DNA of 64,000 nt, taken from positions 372,001 through 436,000 of the forward strand of contig NIVC01000291.1 of the NCBI GenBank assembly GCA_002269645.1. The letters are read 5' to 3'. Under the pieces are notes generated by a model. The model was not told the origin of the DNA. It did not search any database and saw nothing but the letters and a program-made list of their open reading frames with translations. Source of the stretch: Macrostomum lignano (taxonomy: Eukaryota). Of this stretch, positions 1-24,965 are shown one piece after another (position 1 is the stretch's first letter; the number at the start of each line of letters is the position of its first letter). The position numbers and the translations under genes were made by a program.

Positions 1-9
1 CCCTACCAT

Positions 10-185
10 ATGGCGCGCGAGCCACAGGTGCCAAGCGCCGTCCGGGCCCCCCAAAATGGATGCCGCAGGCGCCCTCCCGAGCCGATGGTACACTCTCCTG
101 ATATAAGTGTACACTCTCCCAATATGAGTGTACACTCTCCCGATATGAGTGTACACTCTCCCGATATGTTTGTACACCCATATGT
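10..185 (+). repeat. Dispersed repeat copy with 21-bp minisatellite (GTACACTCTCCCGATATGAGT); inverted homolog of 3385-3740
   Basis: Motifs TGGCGCGCG, GCCAAGCGCC, TGCCGCAGGCGC-CCCTCCCGA and GTACAC.CTCCCGATATG occur in the same order on the opposite strand at 3385-3740. Confidence 0.6.
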
Positions 186-934
186 AGTCAACGATACGTA
201 TTAACACAAAATTAGGCTAGTGAAAACTACTTATAGTAGGTGAAATTGCGTATATTTACATAAAAAAGTAGGCAAAACACATATTAAACATATCAGTAGG
301 TGTAAATATCGGTGCATAATGCATATTACGAAACATATAGGTGTACGGACATATAGAATTAAGCATATGGGCAGCAAAAAACACACAATGTAGGTGCATT
401 TTATCGATATATTGGCAGAAAAGTAGGTGAAATAGACAAAATAGTAGGTATAATATACAGCGTCTACTTATTAGTAGTAGGCGCTTGTAGATGCTAGTAT
501 AATGCAGTGATGTAACCACGCTCTGGTCGCGGGATAGGGCATGGGAACTTTTTCGAAAGTGCCTCCTATCCCGTGCACCCTCTGCACAGAGCTGTCGAGA
601 CTCGGCCAGGTCTCCGACCGGGCCTGGAGACTCCCGCTCTGCTGCGCCCCTCCTGCTGCCTTGGTCCCGTCTCTCCTGCCGCCACACCTGCCTTTCCGGA
701 GCCCCCTACCCCTTTTTGTACCTCCCCCTCTACCCTATCTCTTCCGTTTCCGCCCCATTCTTCCTGTACTTTCTCTATCTCCTCTCTTTTTTTTGTCTCC
801 CTCTGCACTCTTTTCCTGCGCTGTCCCCTCCTTCTCTGTGTCTACTTACAGTATTTTGTGTGCTCACCGTCTCCCCATCCCCTCCCAAACTCCCAAACGG
901 TGACGCAAGTCGTGTGACCCCTTCTTCCCCCCGA

Positions 935-1449
935 TGACTCATCGATGACTCATCCCTCTCTCTTGCGCAACCTTTTCTCACGCCATTGTTCTCCTCCCCA
1001 AATTTCTCATGCGACACCCACCCCACCTCCGCTTCTATTGTTCTCGTTTTTGCTTCTTTTGTTCTCTCGACCCCCACCAATTATCACATTTTCTCCGATT
1101 TTCTCTTTCTTTTGTTCTCGTTTTCGCACCTAATTATCACCTTTTCTCCAATGTTTACTTTTCCATTGTTCTCAGTTTTCCCCAATTATCCCCGATTTCC
1201 AATTCCTTTGTTCTCGACCCCAGCCCTATTGTTCTCAATGTTTGCTTGCGCAACACTTTCGCGACCACCCGCTGCGCCAATTATCCCCCACCCCACCTCC
1301 GGATTGCGCAATTTCCCGATTTCTCATGTTGCTATGCCGGTCTCATGCTTCTCATCATGACTCATTCTGACGTCATTCTGCCGGCAGCCAATCAGAGAGA
1401 GGGAGCCATGGTAACGACCTTGAGGAGGCGGCTGTGAGGTCTATAAAAG
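935..1449 (+). promoter_or_regulatory. Pol II promoter-like cassette (AP-1, CRE, CCAAT, TATA), possibly TE/LTR-borne
   Basis: TGACTCA at 935, 946 and 1358; TGACGTCA at 1368; CCAAT at 1388; TATAAAAG at 1442; a GTAAGT donor-like site near 1770. No downstream CDS found. Confidence 0.5.
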
Positions 1450-3384
1450 GAAGCGATTTCGGCATGAGAATCCTCAACTCTTCCTCTCCTCGTCCTTCTT
1501 TGGACTTGCTGTCAGATTGAGTTCTGACCCATTCGTCTATAAGACGAATCCCTGCCGGTCCGCGGTCTGTTACCGCCAAGTTATCCTTAGCTCCCCAAGT
1601 GAGCTCGCCTATCGGCCAGCGGTCTGATACCGCCCAGCATCATCAGCATCGCCTGATCTACATCAGCGCCTCGTCGCTCCAGCGCATCGCCGCTTCACCG
1701 TCTGCCTGACTGCAGCCTACAGCCGCCCTCGGTCACTCCGCCTCTCTCTCTCTCTCTGTGCAGCTGCCGGTAAGTTCCTGTTACTAATTTGTGCTCTAAT
1801 TGCCTTTGCTTATCCGGGGTTTGCCTATTTTCCTTTGTCTGATTAGAGAGCTGAGCCAATTGTGATACCGTATCTTTTGCTGTATTTTACTCAATAGTGA
1901 AGCCGCCTGATTGCCTGATTATTCGCCTAAGGGCCTAATTATTAACTATTAACTAACTTCATCATTATTCAATCTTTCACCATCATTTCACTCATGGCTT
2001 GCTAAGCCTTTCTCCCGGGGTGGCAAAGCATAAGGAAGTTTGGGTAAGCTAATGGCCTCTCCCCGTGCAAAGCCCGCCTGTGAGTGCGTGCTGCGGGGCC
2101 GCGTGTGCGTGCAGTAGAGGGATTAGCGAGTCTTGGCACAGAATGGCAGTAGGAAGGTTGCAACCCCATGCTGACGCGTCCCTTCGCCCTGAGCAATCTA
2201 AACTGTAGACAGTACATGTTCGCCTCATACTACTCTTAGTAATCAAAGTCGCAAGTCAGCCTCGCTCACAGCCACAAAGGATCCCCTGCTGAGAAATCCT
2301 CCAGGATTGAGCCCAGAGTTCCCGATCATGCCCCAAGCAGAGTCCCTGTACTCGGCTGCATGCGTCTCCCCTGTTAGCCTAAATCCCCTGGTAACCAATC
2401 CAGGCGGGGCTCTAGCCTCGAGAGGTCTGGTAGAAAGATCCAGGTGCGCCAGGTCACATAGAGTGGTGGCAGCCACTCGGTCATACTATGACCGAGTGAC
2501 CAACTATTGCACCTTGGCTACAGGTGGGGTCCATGTGGGTCCTTGGCCCTCTGGTCACGAAGCGCTACCAAAGCTACTAATCATGTGGGCGGGACAGTCT
2601 GGTGCTGGAGGTCCGTCAGGTCATTGCCCGGTCATAGGCAGCCTACGGTCATTGCCCCCTCTAGTCATGCGTTCGTCTCTCTACGGAGCGGACAGGCGAC
2701 AAGGGCGGTTACATCAGCAGGTAAATTAAACATAGGTTGAAATACACATACGCACAGTAGATACAAGTATAATGCAGGTGCATATGCACACACTGTAGAT
2801 TCGAATTATGTAGATGCATAGGCTAAAATACACACATCGTAGAGGCAGAAGCAGGCATAATGCAGGAAAATTATGATACATATTAGTGCGTAAAATTATC
2901 CTATTATGACACACTGTAGCACATATTGACATAATGCAGGGAAAAATATTGACAGAAATGATGCACAATTGTAGAGGTAACAACCCGCCAACTAGTAAGA
3001 GCATCCGGCACTTGTTCAGGTTTTTATTATTTCGAGACGAGTGTCATGCCCCCGCAAGAGATCTTACCAGACAATTGTTGAACTCCACTGCAACTCTCCC
3101 CAGAGCCTCCAAATGCGGGTTTTAACCTAGGGTCGAGTACAAAGGGCCCGCCCACTCTTAACCCCAAGGAGAGATCCCTAGCGGAGACCAAGTACAGTGT
3201 GGACGGAGAGGGGTAACAGAAAGCGCTGCACCAGACCGCGGGGCTGCATTCCTCCCCCGAGGTAGGCGCGTCAGCTCCCACTCCTCATTTAACCATCAAG
3301 TAAACTAAAGAAGTCAAGCAGAAAGCCTTACAATCACCCGCAACCAGTACAAGTAAGAGTACTTTCCACTAGAGTGGGTCGTAC

Positions 3385-3740
3385 ATGTCGGGAGGGTCGC
3401 CTGCGGCATACATGTCGGGAGGGTGCGCCTGCTGCATACATATCGAGAGGGTGTACATATCGGGAGGGTGTACATATCGGGAAGGTGTACATATCGGGAG
3501 GGTGTACATATCGGAAAGGTGTACATATCGGGAGGGTGTACATATCGGGAGGGTGCGCCTGCGGCATGGGCGCCTGCGGCATGGGCGCCTGCGGCATGGG
3601 CGCCTGCGGCATGGGCGCCTGCGGCATGGGCGCCTGCGGCATGGGCGCCTGCGGCATACATATCGGGAGGGTGCGCCTGTGGCATGGGTGCCTGAATGGC
3701 GCTTGGCGCCACGCGCCTGTAGCGCGCGCCAGCCAATGAG
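3385..3740 (-). repeat. Composite minisatellite (17-bp TGTACATATCGGGAGGG plus 15-bp GCGCCTGCGGCATGG units)
   Basis: Tandem units read directly; inverted homology to 10-185. Confidence 0.85.
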
Positions 3741-3802
3741 AGGCGAGGTGGGTTGACACCCACCCCACCTCCAAAACGCCCCGGATACGGAGTTGTATAG
3801 TA

Positions 3803-4567
3803 GTAGTGACAATTGGCATTCAAGTTGACAAGCTTCATTTCAATAGTGACAACTGGCAATTTGACAAGCTCCATTTCAATAGTGACAATTGGCATTCAAG
3901 TTGACAAGCTTCATTTCAATAGTGACAACTGGCAATTTGACAAGCTCCATTTCAATAGTGACAATTGGCATTCAAGTTGACAAGCTTCATTTCAATAGTG
4001 ACAACTGGCAATTTGACAAGCTTCATTTCAATAGTGACAATTGGCATTCCATTTCACAAGCTTCATTTCAATAGTGACAATTGGCATTCCATTTCACAAG
4101 CTTCATTTCAATAGTGACAATTGGCATTCCATTTCACAAGCTTCATTTCAATAGTGACAATTGGCATTCCATTTCACAAGCTTCATTTCAATAGTGACAA
4201 CTGGCAATTTGACAAGCTTCATTTCAATAGTGACAACTGGCATTCAAGTTGACAAGCTTCATTTCAATAGTGACAACTGGCAATTTGACAAGCTTCATTT
4301 CAATAGTGACAACTGGCATTCAAGTTGACAAGCTTCATTTCAATAGTGACAATTGGCATTCCATTTCACAAGCTTCATTTCAATAGTGACAATTGGCATT
4401 CAAGTTGACAAGCTCCATTTCAATAGTGACAGTTGGCAATTTGACAAGCTTCATTCCAATAGTGACAACTGGCAATTTGACAAGCTTCATTTCATTAGTG
4501 ACAACTGGCATTCAAGTTGACAAGCTTCATTTCATTAGTGACAACTGGCATTCAAGTTGACAAGCTC
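3803..4567. repeat. ~39-40-bp tandem repeat (CAATAGTGACAATTGGCATTCAAGTTGACAAGCTTCATTT variants)
   Basis: About 19 variant units read directly. Confidence 0.95.
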
Positions 4568-4926
4568 GCAAGCAAATTTGACAAGGACCGAATAAGTAAT
4601 CATTCTGAAATATTAATAATTGAATGGCGATTTGTCAATTTTGATTGCTCCAAGTTCAAAACTGAACACAAAAAGTTGTAGCGATAAAACAAATATTTTT
4701 ACCGGCGCCAGTTGGTTTCTAAGAAACTCGAGTGTAGCGTTCTTATAATTACTTAGAAATCAACAACAGAAAGCAAAAGTCTCGGAGGCAAAAATCGTCA
4801 TTGCAACAAAATTTCGATGACCACAAGCCCCTAAAAGCTCAGTTTATATGAAAGAATATTCTTCAAAGCATTGGATCGGCTCAGGGCATGGGATGGGAAC
4901 TCTCAGGCATTTATTTATGCTGCCAT

Positions 4927-7900
4927 CTATGCCCTCATGTGCCGTTCCCGAGAGCTCCTTTTCTGGGAATAGAATTTCACATTTTTGACCACCTCCCTGA
5001 TGTCGAAGTAGTTGAAGTAGTCGTGAAGGAACTTTCGCTTCAATTCTTTCCAACCGTTCCACCTGTAGCCGAGGTGCAGAAAGAGGTGGCGGCCCACGGT
5101 TTCCGGGCCCGTCAGGTCGTGCTTCCAGTTGCGCTCCGCGTACCGCCTGCACAGCTGCAGCCGCCTGTCGTGCAGCCGCTGAGCCGCTGCGTCTGGGGCT
5201 GGGTTGGAGGCAGCTGAAATGATTGAGTTCCATAGTAACTGCGTTGGTTTACCAGATTAAATAGGTATAAAACTGACATCGCGAGTGACGTATACATTTT
5301 ATAAAAATCAGACAGTTAGTGTGTCTGAGCACTGGGATATCAGTTAGTGTGTCTGAGCACTGGGATATCAGTTAGTGTGTCTGAGCACTGGGATATCAGT
5401 TAGTGTGTCTGAGCATTGGGATATCAGTTAGTGTGTCTGAGCACTGGGATATCAGTTAGTGTGTCTGAGCACTGGGATATCAGTTAGTGTGTCTGAGCAC
5501 TGGGATATCAGTTAGTGTGTCTGAGCACTGGGATATCAGTTAGTGTGTCTGAGCACTGGGATATCAGTTAGTGTGTCTGAGCACTGGGATATCAGTTAGT
5601 GTGTCTGAGCACTGGGATATCAGTTAGTGTGTCTGAGCACTGGGATATCAGTTAGTGTGTCTGAGCACTGGGATATCAGTTAGTGTGTCTGAGCACTGGG
5701 ATATCAGTTAGTGTGTCTGAGCACTGGGATATCAGTTAGTGTGTCTGAGCACTGGGATATCAGTTAGTGTGTCTGAGCACTGGGATATCAGTTAGTGTGT
5801 CTGAGCACTGGGATATCAGTTAGTGTGTCTGAGCACTGGGATATCAGTTAGTGTGTCTGAGCACTGGGATATCAGTTAGTGTGTCTGAGCACTGGGATAT
5901 CAGTTAGTGTGTCTGAGCACTGGGATATCAGTTAGTGTGTCTGAGCACTGGGCTATCAGTTAGTGTGTCTGAGCACTGGGATATCAGTTAGTGTGTCTGA
6001 GCACTGGGATATCAGTTAGTGTGTCTGAGCACTGGGATATCAGTTAGTGTGTCTGAGCACTGGGATATCAGTTAGTGTGTCTGAGCACTGGGATATCAGT
6101 TAGTGTGTCTGAGCACTGGGATATCAGTTAGTGTGTCTGAGCACTGGGATATCAGTTAGTGTGTCTGAGCACTGGGATATCAGTTAGTGTGTCTGAGCAC
6201 TGGGATATCAGTTAGTGTGTCTGAGCACTGGGATATCAGTTAGTGTGTCTGAGCACTGGGATATCAGTTAGTGTGTCTGAGCACTGGGATATCAGTTAGT
6301 GTGTCTGAGCACTGGGATATCAGTTAGTGTGTCTGAGCACTGGGATATCAGTTAGTGTGTCTGAGCACTGGGATATCAGTTAGTGTGTCTGAGCACTGGG
6401 ATATCACGACACCTGAACAGGCCGTTCAGAAGCGCCCTTACTTTCATGAACTTTTTTGCACAATTTTCTGTAGTCATGAAGCGCGTCGTCAATCAGCGGG
6501 CTGAACACGGGCGGGTCCAGCAGCGTCACCTCGTGCCTCCTGGTGGCGTTGTCTGTCCACCAGCTCTGCAGCTGGCTGGTGAGCAGGTCGGGACCCGTGG
6601 TCGGGCCGGCGCCTCCAGTCTTGTCGTCCACTTCCATCATGGCGAACACGAGACGCAGGAAGAACGGGTGTCCGGGCACGGATCCCATGGCGCTGTTCAT
6701 GGCGCTGAAGTCCTTGCCGTAGAGAATCACAGCGTGCTCCTTGGCCTCCTGGTCCACGAAGGCCGTGAGGTTTTCGAGGCTCGGGAAGAACGGCTTCACG
6801 CACTCGACGTCCATGTCGATGTAGATGCCTGGAAAGGACACTTCTGTACATTTGTGCGAAACGAACTCCTTCCAGATTCTTAGAACAGTGGCTCTAGCTC
6901 GTACCAACCCATACTGATCTCCCTTCCAGATTCTTAGAACAGTGGCTCTAGCTCGCACCAACCCATACTGATCTCCCTTCCAGATTCTTAGAACAGTGGC
7001 TCTAGCTCGTACCAACCCATACTGATCTCCCTTCCAGATTCTTAGAACAGTGGCTCTAGCTCGCACCAACCCATACTGATCTCCCTTCCAGATTCTTAGA
7101 ACAGTGGCTCTAGCTCGTACCAACCCATACTGATCTCCTTCCAGATTCTTAGAACAGTGGCTCTAGCTCGTACCAACCCATACTGATCTCCCTTCCAGAT
7201 TCTTAGAACAGTGGCTCTAGCTCGTACCAACCCATACTGATCTCCTTCCAGATTCTTAGAACAGTGGCTCTAGCTCGTACCAACCCATACTGATCTCCCT
7301 TCCAGATTCTTAGAACAGTGGCTCTAGCTCGTACCAACCCATACTGATCTCCCTTCCAGATTCTTAGAACAGTGGCTCTAGCTCGTACCAACCCATACTG
7401 ATCTCCCTTCCAGATTCTTAGAACAGTGGCTCTAGCTCGTACCAACCCATACTGATCTCCCTTCCAGATTCTTAGAACAGTGGCTCTATCTCGCACCAAC
7501 CCATACTGATCTCCCTTCCAGATTCTTAGAACAGTGGCTCTAGCTCGTACCAACCCATACTGATCTCCCTTCCAGATTCTTAGAACAGTGGCTCTAGCTC
7601 GTACCAACCCATACTGATCTCACTTCCAGATTCTTAGAACAGTGGCTCTAGCTCGCACCAACCCATACTGATCTCCCTTCCAGATTCTTAGAACAGTGAC
7701 TCTAGCTCGCACCAACCCATACTGATCTCCCTTCCAGATTCTTAGAACAGTGGGTCTAGCTCGTACCAACCCATACTGATCTCCCTTCCAGATTCTTAGA
7801 ACAGTGGCTCTAGCTCGCACCAACCCATACTGATCTCTCTTCCAGATTCTTAGAACAGTGGCTCTAGCTCGTACCAACCCATACTGATCTCCCTTCCAGA

Positions 7901-9607
7901 TTCTTAGAACAGTGGCTCTAGCTCGCACCAACCCATACTGATCTCCCTTCCAGATTCTTAGAACAGTGGCTCTAGCTCGTACCAACCCATACTGATCTCC
8001 CTTCCAGATTCTTAGAACAGTGGCTCTAGCTCGTACCAACCCATACTGATCTCCCTTCCAGATTCTTAGAACAGTGGCTCTAGCTCGTACCAACCCATAC
8101 TGATCTCCCTTCCAGATTCTTAGAACAGTGGCTCTAGCTCGCACCAACCCATACTGATCTCCCTTCCAGATTCTTAGAACAGTGGCTCTAGCTCGTACCA
8201 ACCCATACTGATCTCCCTTCCAGATTCTTAGAACAGTGGCTCTAGCTCGTACCAACCCATACTGATCTCCCTTCCAGATTCTTAGAACAGTGGCTCTAGC
8301 TCGCACCAACCCATACTGATCTCCCTTCCAGATTCTTAGAACAGTGGCTCTAGCTCGCACCAACCCATACTGATCTCCCTTCCAGATTCTTAGAACAGTG
8401 GCTCTAGCTCGCACCAACCCATACTGATCTCTCTTCCAGATTCTTAGAACAGTGGCTCTAGCTCGTACCAACCCATACTGATCTCCCTTCCAGATTCTTA
8501 GAACAGTGGCTCTAGCTCGCACCAACCCATTCTGATCTCAATTCCAGAAACAATGACCTTTATATGTATTCAATGTCATGTCGATTTACTAAATTGAACT
8601 TTTTCATAGTGATTGGAGGTTCGAGGCATTCTAAAGCAGGATGCTTCACCCACCTCCGAAGTGATGCAGAACCATGTAGCGGATGCTGTCTCCTCGCTGC
8701 ACATGCATCCGGAATGAGAGGTACTTCCGCATGAAGAACGGGTAATAGTCGCTGATGAAAGCCACAATGTCCTCATCCGTCCACAGGTAGTACTCCCAGT
8801 CGGGGTTCAGCTTGAGGCAGCGCTCAATGTACTTCCTGTACTCGTTGAACACCTTCCGAGTCTCGAAGGTCTGGTGAAGGATCTTCGGTATCGCTCCATA
8901 CCGAGGCTCCTGATCGACCTTCGCGCTGCCACTCTGAAGCCGTGGCTTGCTTGGCTGCCAGAGCAGCTCGGATGCAACCAGCAGCACGGCCTGACGTAGA
9001 ATAAGCGGCGTTTAAACCAACCCAGACTGGCTACTCGCAGTAGTTAGTATTCTTCCCCTGTGTTGGTTGAACATCACTGCACGCCACTAGTGCCATTTGC
9101 ATAATATTTCAGACCCTACTAACCTACTGGTAAACAGTAGTTTGCTACAGTGCTCAGAATGTAGGGAGTTTATTGAAATTCTTTACAGGAACCCGCTACT
9201 CATTACTGAGCCCAGCTCAATGAGTACAGTCAGCATTCAATAAGTTTTCTGTGACTAAGTAAAATACTTAGCCTTCAGGCGGAGGAAGAGCCCCGGCTCC
9301 TTACCACTGAATCTCCAACAATTGACTGCCGCAAATCGACCGCCTAACCCTAACTTTAACCCTAACCCTAACCCAACCCTAGCCTAAATCTAAACCCTAA
9401 CCTTACTAACCCTAAACCTAAACCCTAACCCTAGCCTAAATCTAAACCCTAACCTTACTAACTCTAAACCTAAACCCTAACCCTAAGCCGAACTTAAATA
9501 GTCAGCAGTCGATTGTCGCTGACAATTTTTGCTCCTCTTACCGTCAGCGCTGTGATGCCAAAGACAAATCTGAAGCGATAGACGCAATGTAGCAAATTGC
9601 GACTCAT
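4927..9607 (-). CDS. Glycosyltransferase family 32 (OCH1/SUR1-like DxD sugar-binding), type II membrane protein, 358 aa, 4 exons
   Basis: Exons 9607-9542, 8990-8654, 6828-6442 and 5213-4927 join with phase-compatible GT-AG junctions (1077 nt). N-terminal hydrophobic anchor FVFGITALTAVLLVA; motifs IPKILHQT, NPDWEYYLWTDED, DSIRYMVLHHFGGIYIDMDVEC (DxD), NSAMGSVPGHPF, TTGP. Confidence 0.88.
5313..6405. repeat. 28-bp minisatellite (CAGTTAGTGTGTCTGAGCACTGGGATAT), ~39 copies, GT32 intron 3
   Basis: Near-perfect tandem units. Confidence 0.97.
6869..8545. repeat. 54-bp minisatellite, ~31 copies, GT32 intron 2
   Basis: Unit CCAGATTCTTAGAACAGTGGCTCTAGCTCGTACCAACCCATACTGATCTCCCTT; source of the VRARATVLRIWKGDQYGL ORFs. 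Confidence 0.97.
9320..9526. repeat. Degenerate (CCCTAA)n tract flanked by imperfect inverted repeats; MITE-like
   Basis: Left AATTGACTGCCGCAAATCGACCGC versus reverse complement of right AATTGTCAGCGACAATCGACTGC; telomere-like core ~9345-9490. Confidence 0.5.
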
Positions 9608-9832
9608 GTCGGAGCTGCTCAAAGGAAAGCTGATGTCGGAGCTGCTCAGGTAAGCTGATGTCGGAGCTGCTCAGGTAAGCTGATGTCGGAGCTGCTCAGG
9701 TAAGCTGATGTCGGAGCTGCTCAGGTAAGCTGATGTCGGAGCTGCTCAGGTAAGCTGATGTCGGAGCTGCTCAAAGGTAAGCTGATGTCGGAGCTGCTCA
9801 AAGGTAAGCTGATGTCGGAGGTGCTAAAGGTA
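9607..9832. repeat. 25-bp minisatellite (GCTGATGTCGGAGCTGCTCAGGTAA), ~9 copies, abutting the GT32 start codon
   Basis: Tandem units; the terminal unit overlaps the CAT (ATG on -) at 9605-9607. Confidence 0.9.
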
Positions 9833-10129
9833 AGTTTGGCCTCAGCTGCCGTGCTGCTCGGCAGTTTCAGTTGCTACTGAGTAACGCATGTATAGATTCG
9901 CTGTTCATTCGCAAAACTTTGTAACATTCTATTGCAGCCCAACCCACTACAAAATCCACTCTGCCCAGCCATTGTGCGCGCTTCATTGTCAGGCTCGCAT
10001 TGTCCTGGCTGTGCGGGTGAGTGTACACTCAGCAACCCCCCCCCCCAACACCCTGCAGCACCCCTTATCTCAGAGACCCTCTTTAATATTGCAGTCTAGA
10101 TGCAGTCTAGATTTCTAGATTTCATACTT

Positions 10130-10730
10130 GGAGCGGAAGATAGAGCGGTAGATAGAGCGGTAGATAGAGCGGTAGATAGTGCGGTAGATAGAGCAGTAGA
10201 TAGAGTGGCAGATAGAACAGTACTGTAGATGGAGCGGTAGATAGAGCGGCAGATAGAGCGGTAGATAGAGCGGCAGATAGAGCGGCAGATAGAGCGGCAG
10301 ATAGAGCGGCAGATAGAGCGGCAGATAGAGCGGCAGATATAGCAGTACTGTAGATAGAGCGGCAGATATAGCGGCTGATAGAGCGGTAAATAGAGCGGCG
10401 GATAGAGCGGTAGATAGAGCGGTAGATAGAGCGGCAGATAGAGCGGTAGATAGAGCGGCAGATAGAGCGGCAGATAGAGCGGCAGATAGAGCGGTAGATA
10501 GAGTGGCAGATAGAGCAGTACTGTAGATAGAGCGGCAGATAGAGCGGTAGATAGAGCGGTAGATAGAGCGGCAGATAGAGCGGCAGATAGAGCGGCAGAT
10601 ATAGCAGTACTGTAAATAGAGCGGCAGATAGAGCGGTAGATAGAGCGGCAGATAGAGCGGTAGATAGAGCGGCAGATAGAGCGGTAGATAGAGCGGCAGA
10701 TAGAGCAGTACTGTAGATGGAGCGGTAGAT
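10130..10730. repeat. 12-bp minisatellite (GATAGAGCGGCA/TA)
   Basis: Tandem units read directly. Confidence 0.95.
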
Positions 10731-11267
10731 GCATGCGCAAATTTAAAATTTGCTCAATTCAACAAGAGGAAATCCAGAGAACTCGGAAAAGTGCGCATTG
10801 AACTTTAAGCATTCAACATGCTGACAATGTTATTATTTAACACTTCAGGCGTATTAAGCAAGCCGGAACTGAGGCCTTGTCAAGGTGTGCGGGGACCCAG
10901 GATTGTTACGCCCAGCAGCAGCGCAGCCAAGCCATTCTGATAACATTTATGTGCGGTCAAAATGCAGGTGTAGACACTGGAGAGGAATCATATTCGAGTA
11001 GGTTTGGGCAATCCGACTCATCAAGTGTGGCTGCTATGGTTACCGACGACATTCGCTGACAGCAATAAAAATAATGCAATTTATGCAGTTTACATTCACA
11101 CACAGAGGTGCCTCATAATTATGATTTATAAAAATCTATACAGGTACAATAGTATCTATAAGTAATATAATATCCTATATTTGTGACAAGTTTTCATAGA
11201 AAATAACTGAAGTGCAAGGAACTGCAAGAACTTCAACCCAGTAGCGGTCATTTTTTCTCGAGACCTG

Positions 11268-12240
11268 CACTGCTTTATACACTGCTTTAAACACTGCCTT
11301 AAACACTGCCTTAAACACTGCCTTAAACACTGCCTTAAACACTGCCTTAAACACTGCCTTATACACTGCCTTAAACACTGATTTATACACTGCCTTAAAC
11401 ACTGATTTATACACTGCCTGAAACACAGATTTATACACTGCCTTAAACACTGATTTATACACTGCTTTAAACACTGATTTATACACTGCCTTAAACACAG
11501 ATTTATACACTGCCTTAAACACTGATTTATACACTGCCTTAAACACTGATTTATACACTGCCTAAAACACTGATTTATACACTGCCTTAAACACTGATTT
11601 ATACACTGCCTTAAACACTGATTTATACACTGTCTTAAACACTGCCTTAAACACTGATTTATACACTGTCTTAAACACTGCCTTAAACACTGATTTATAC
11701 ACTGTCTTAAACACTGCCTTAAACACTGATTTATACACTGTCTTAAACACTGCCTTAAACACTGATTTATACACTGTCTTAAACACTGCCTTATACACTG
11801 TCTTAAACACTGCCTTATACACTGTCTTAAACACTGCCTTAAACACTGATTTATACACTGTCTTAAACACTGCCTTATACACTGTCTTAAACACTGCCTT
11901 AAACACTGATTTATACACTGTCTTAAACACTGCCTTAAACACTGATTTATACACTGTCTTAAACACTGCCTTATACACTGCCTTAAACACTGATTTATAC
12001 ACTGCCTTAAACACTGATTTATACACTGCCTTAAACACTGATTTATACACTGCCTAAAACACTGATTTATACACTGCCTTAAACACTGATTTATACACTG
12101 CCTTAAACACTGATTTATACACTGCCTAAAACACTGATTTATACACTGCCTAAAACACTGATTTATAGACTGCCTTAAACACTGTCTTGAACACTGCCTT
12201 GAACACTGCCCTAAACACTGCTTTATAGACTGCTTTAAAC
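11268..12240. repeat. 12-bp minisatellite (ACACTGCCTTAA / ACACTGATTTAT variants)
   Basis: Tandem units; source of the YKSVFKAV ORFs. Confidence 0.95.
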
Positions 12241-12319
12241 ACCCAATGCCGCGAGCCCCCTCATCCAGTGTAGCATGTCAGACATCCACAATGAGCTCGG
12301 GGGCTCACAGCGCCCGGTG

Positions 12320-24965
<12,646 letters not shown>

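Noticed and set aside
3042-3351. Solo LTR with TG...CA ends
   Set aside because: No target-site duplication could be matched.
6404-8525. Long ORFs from the 54-bp repeat (VRARATVLRIWKGDQYGL)n
   Set aside because: Open only because the unit is a stop-free multiple of 3; indels break the frame, and a clean in-phase intron (6829-8653) spans them.
5313-8545. Regular 28-bp and 54-bp arrays as CRISPR arrays
   Set aside because: Units are head-to-tail with no unique spacers, there are no cas genes, and they lie in spliceosomal introns.
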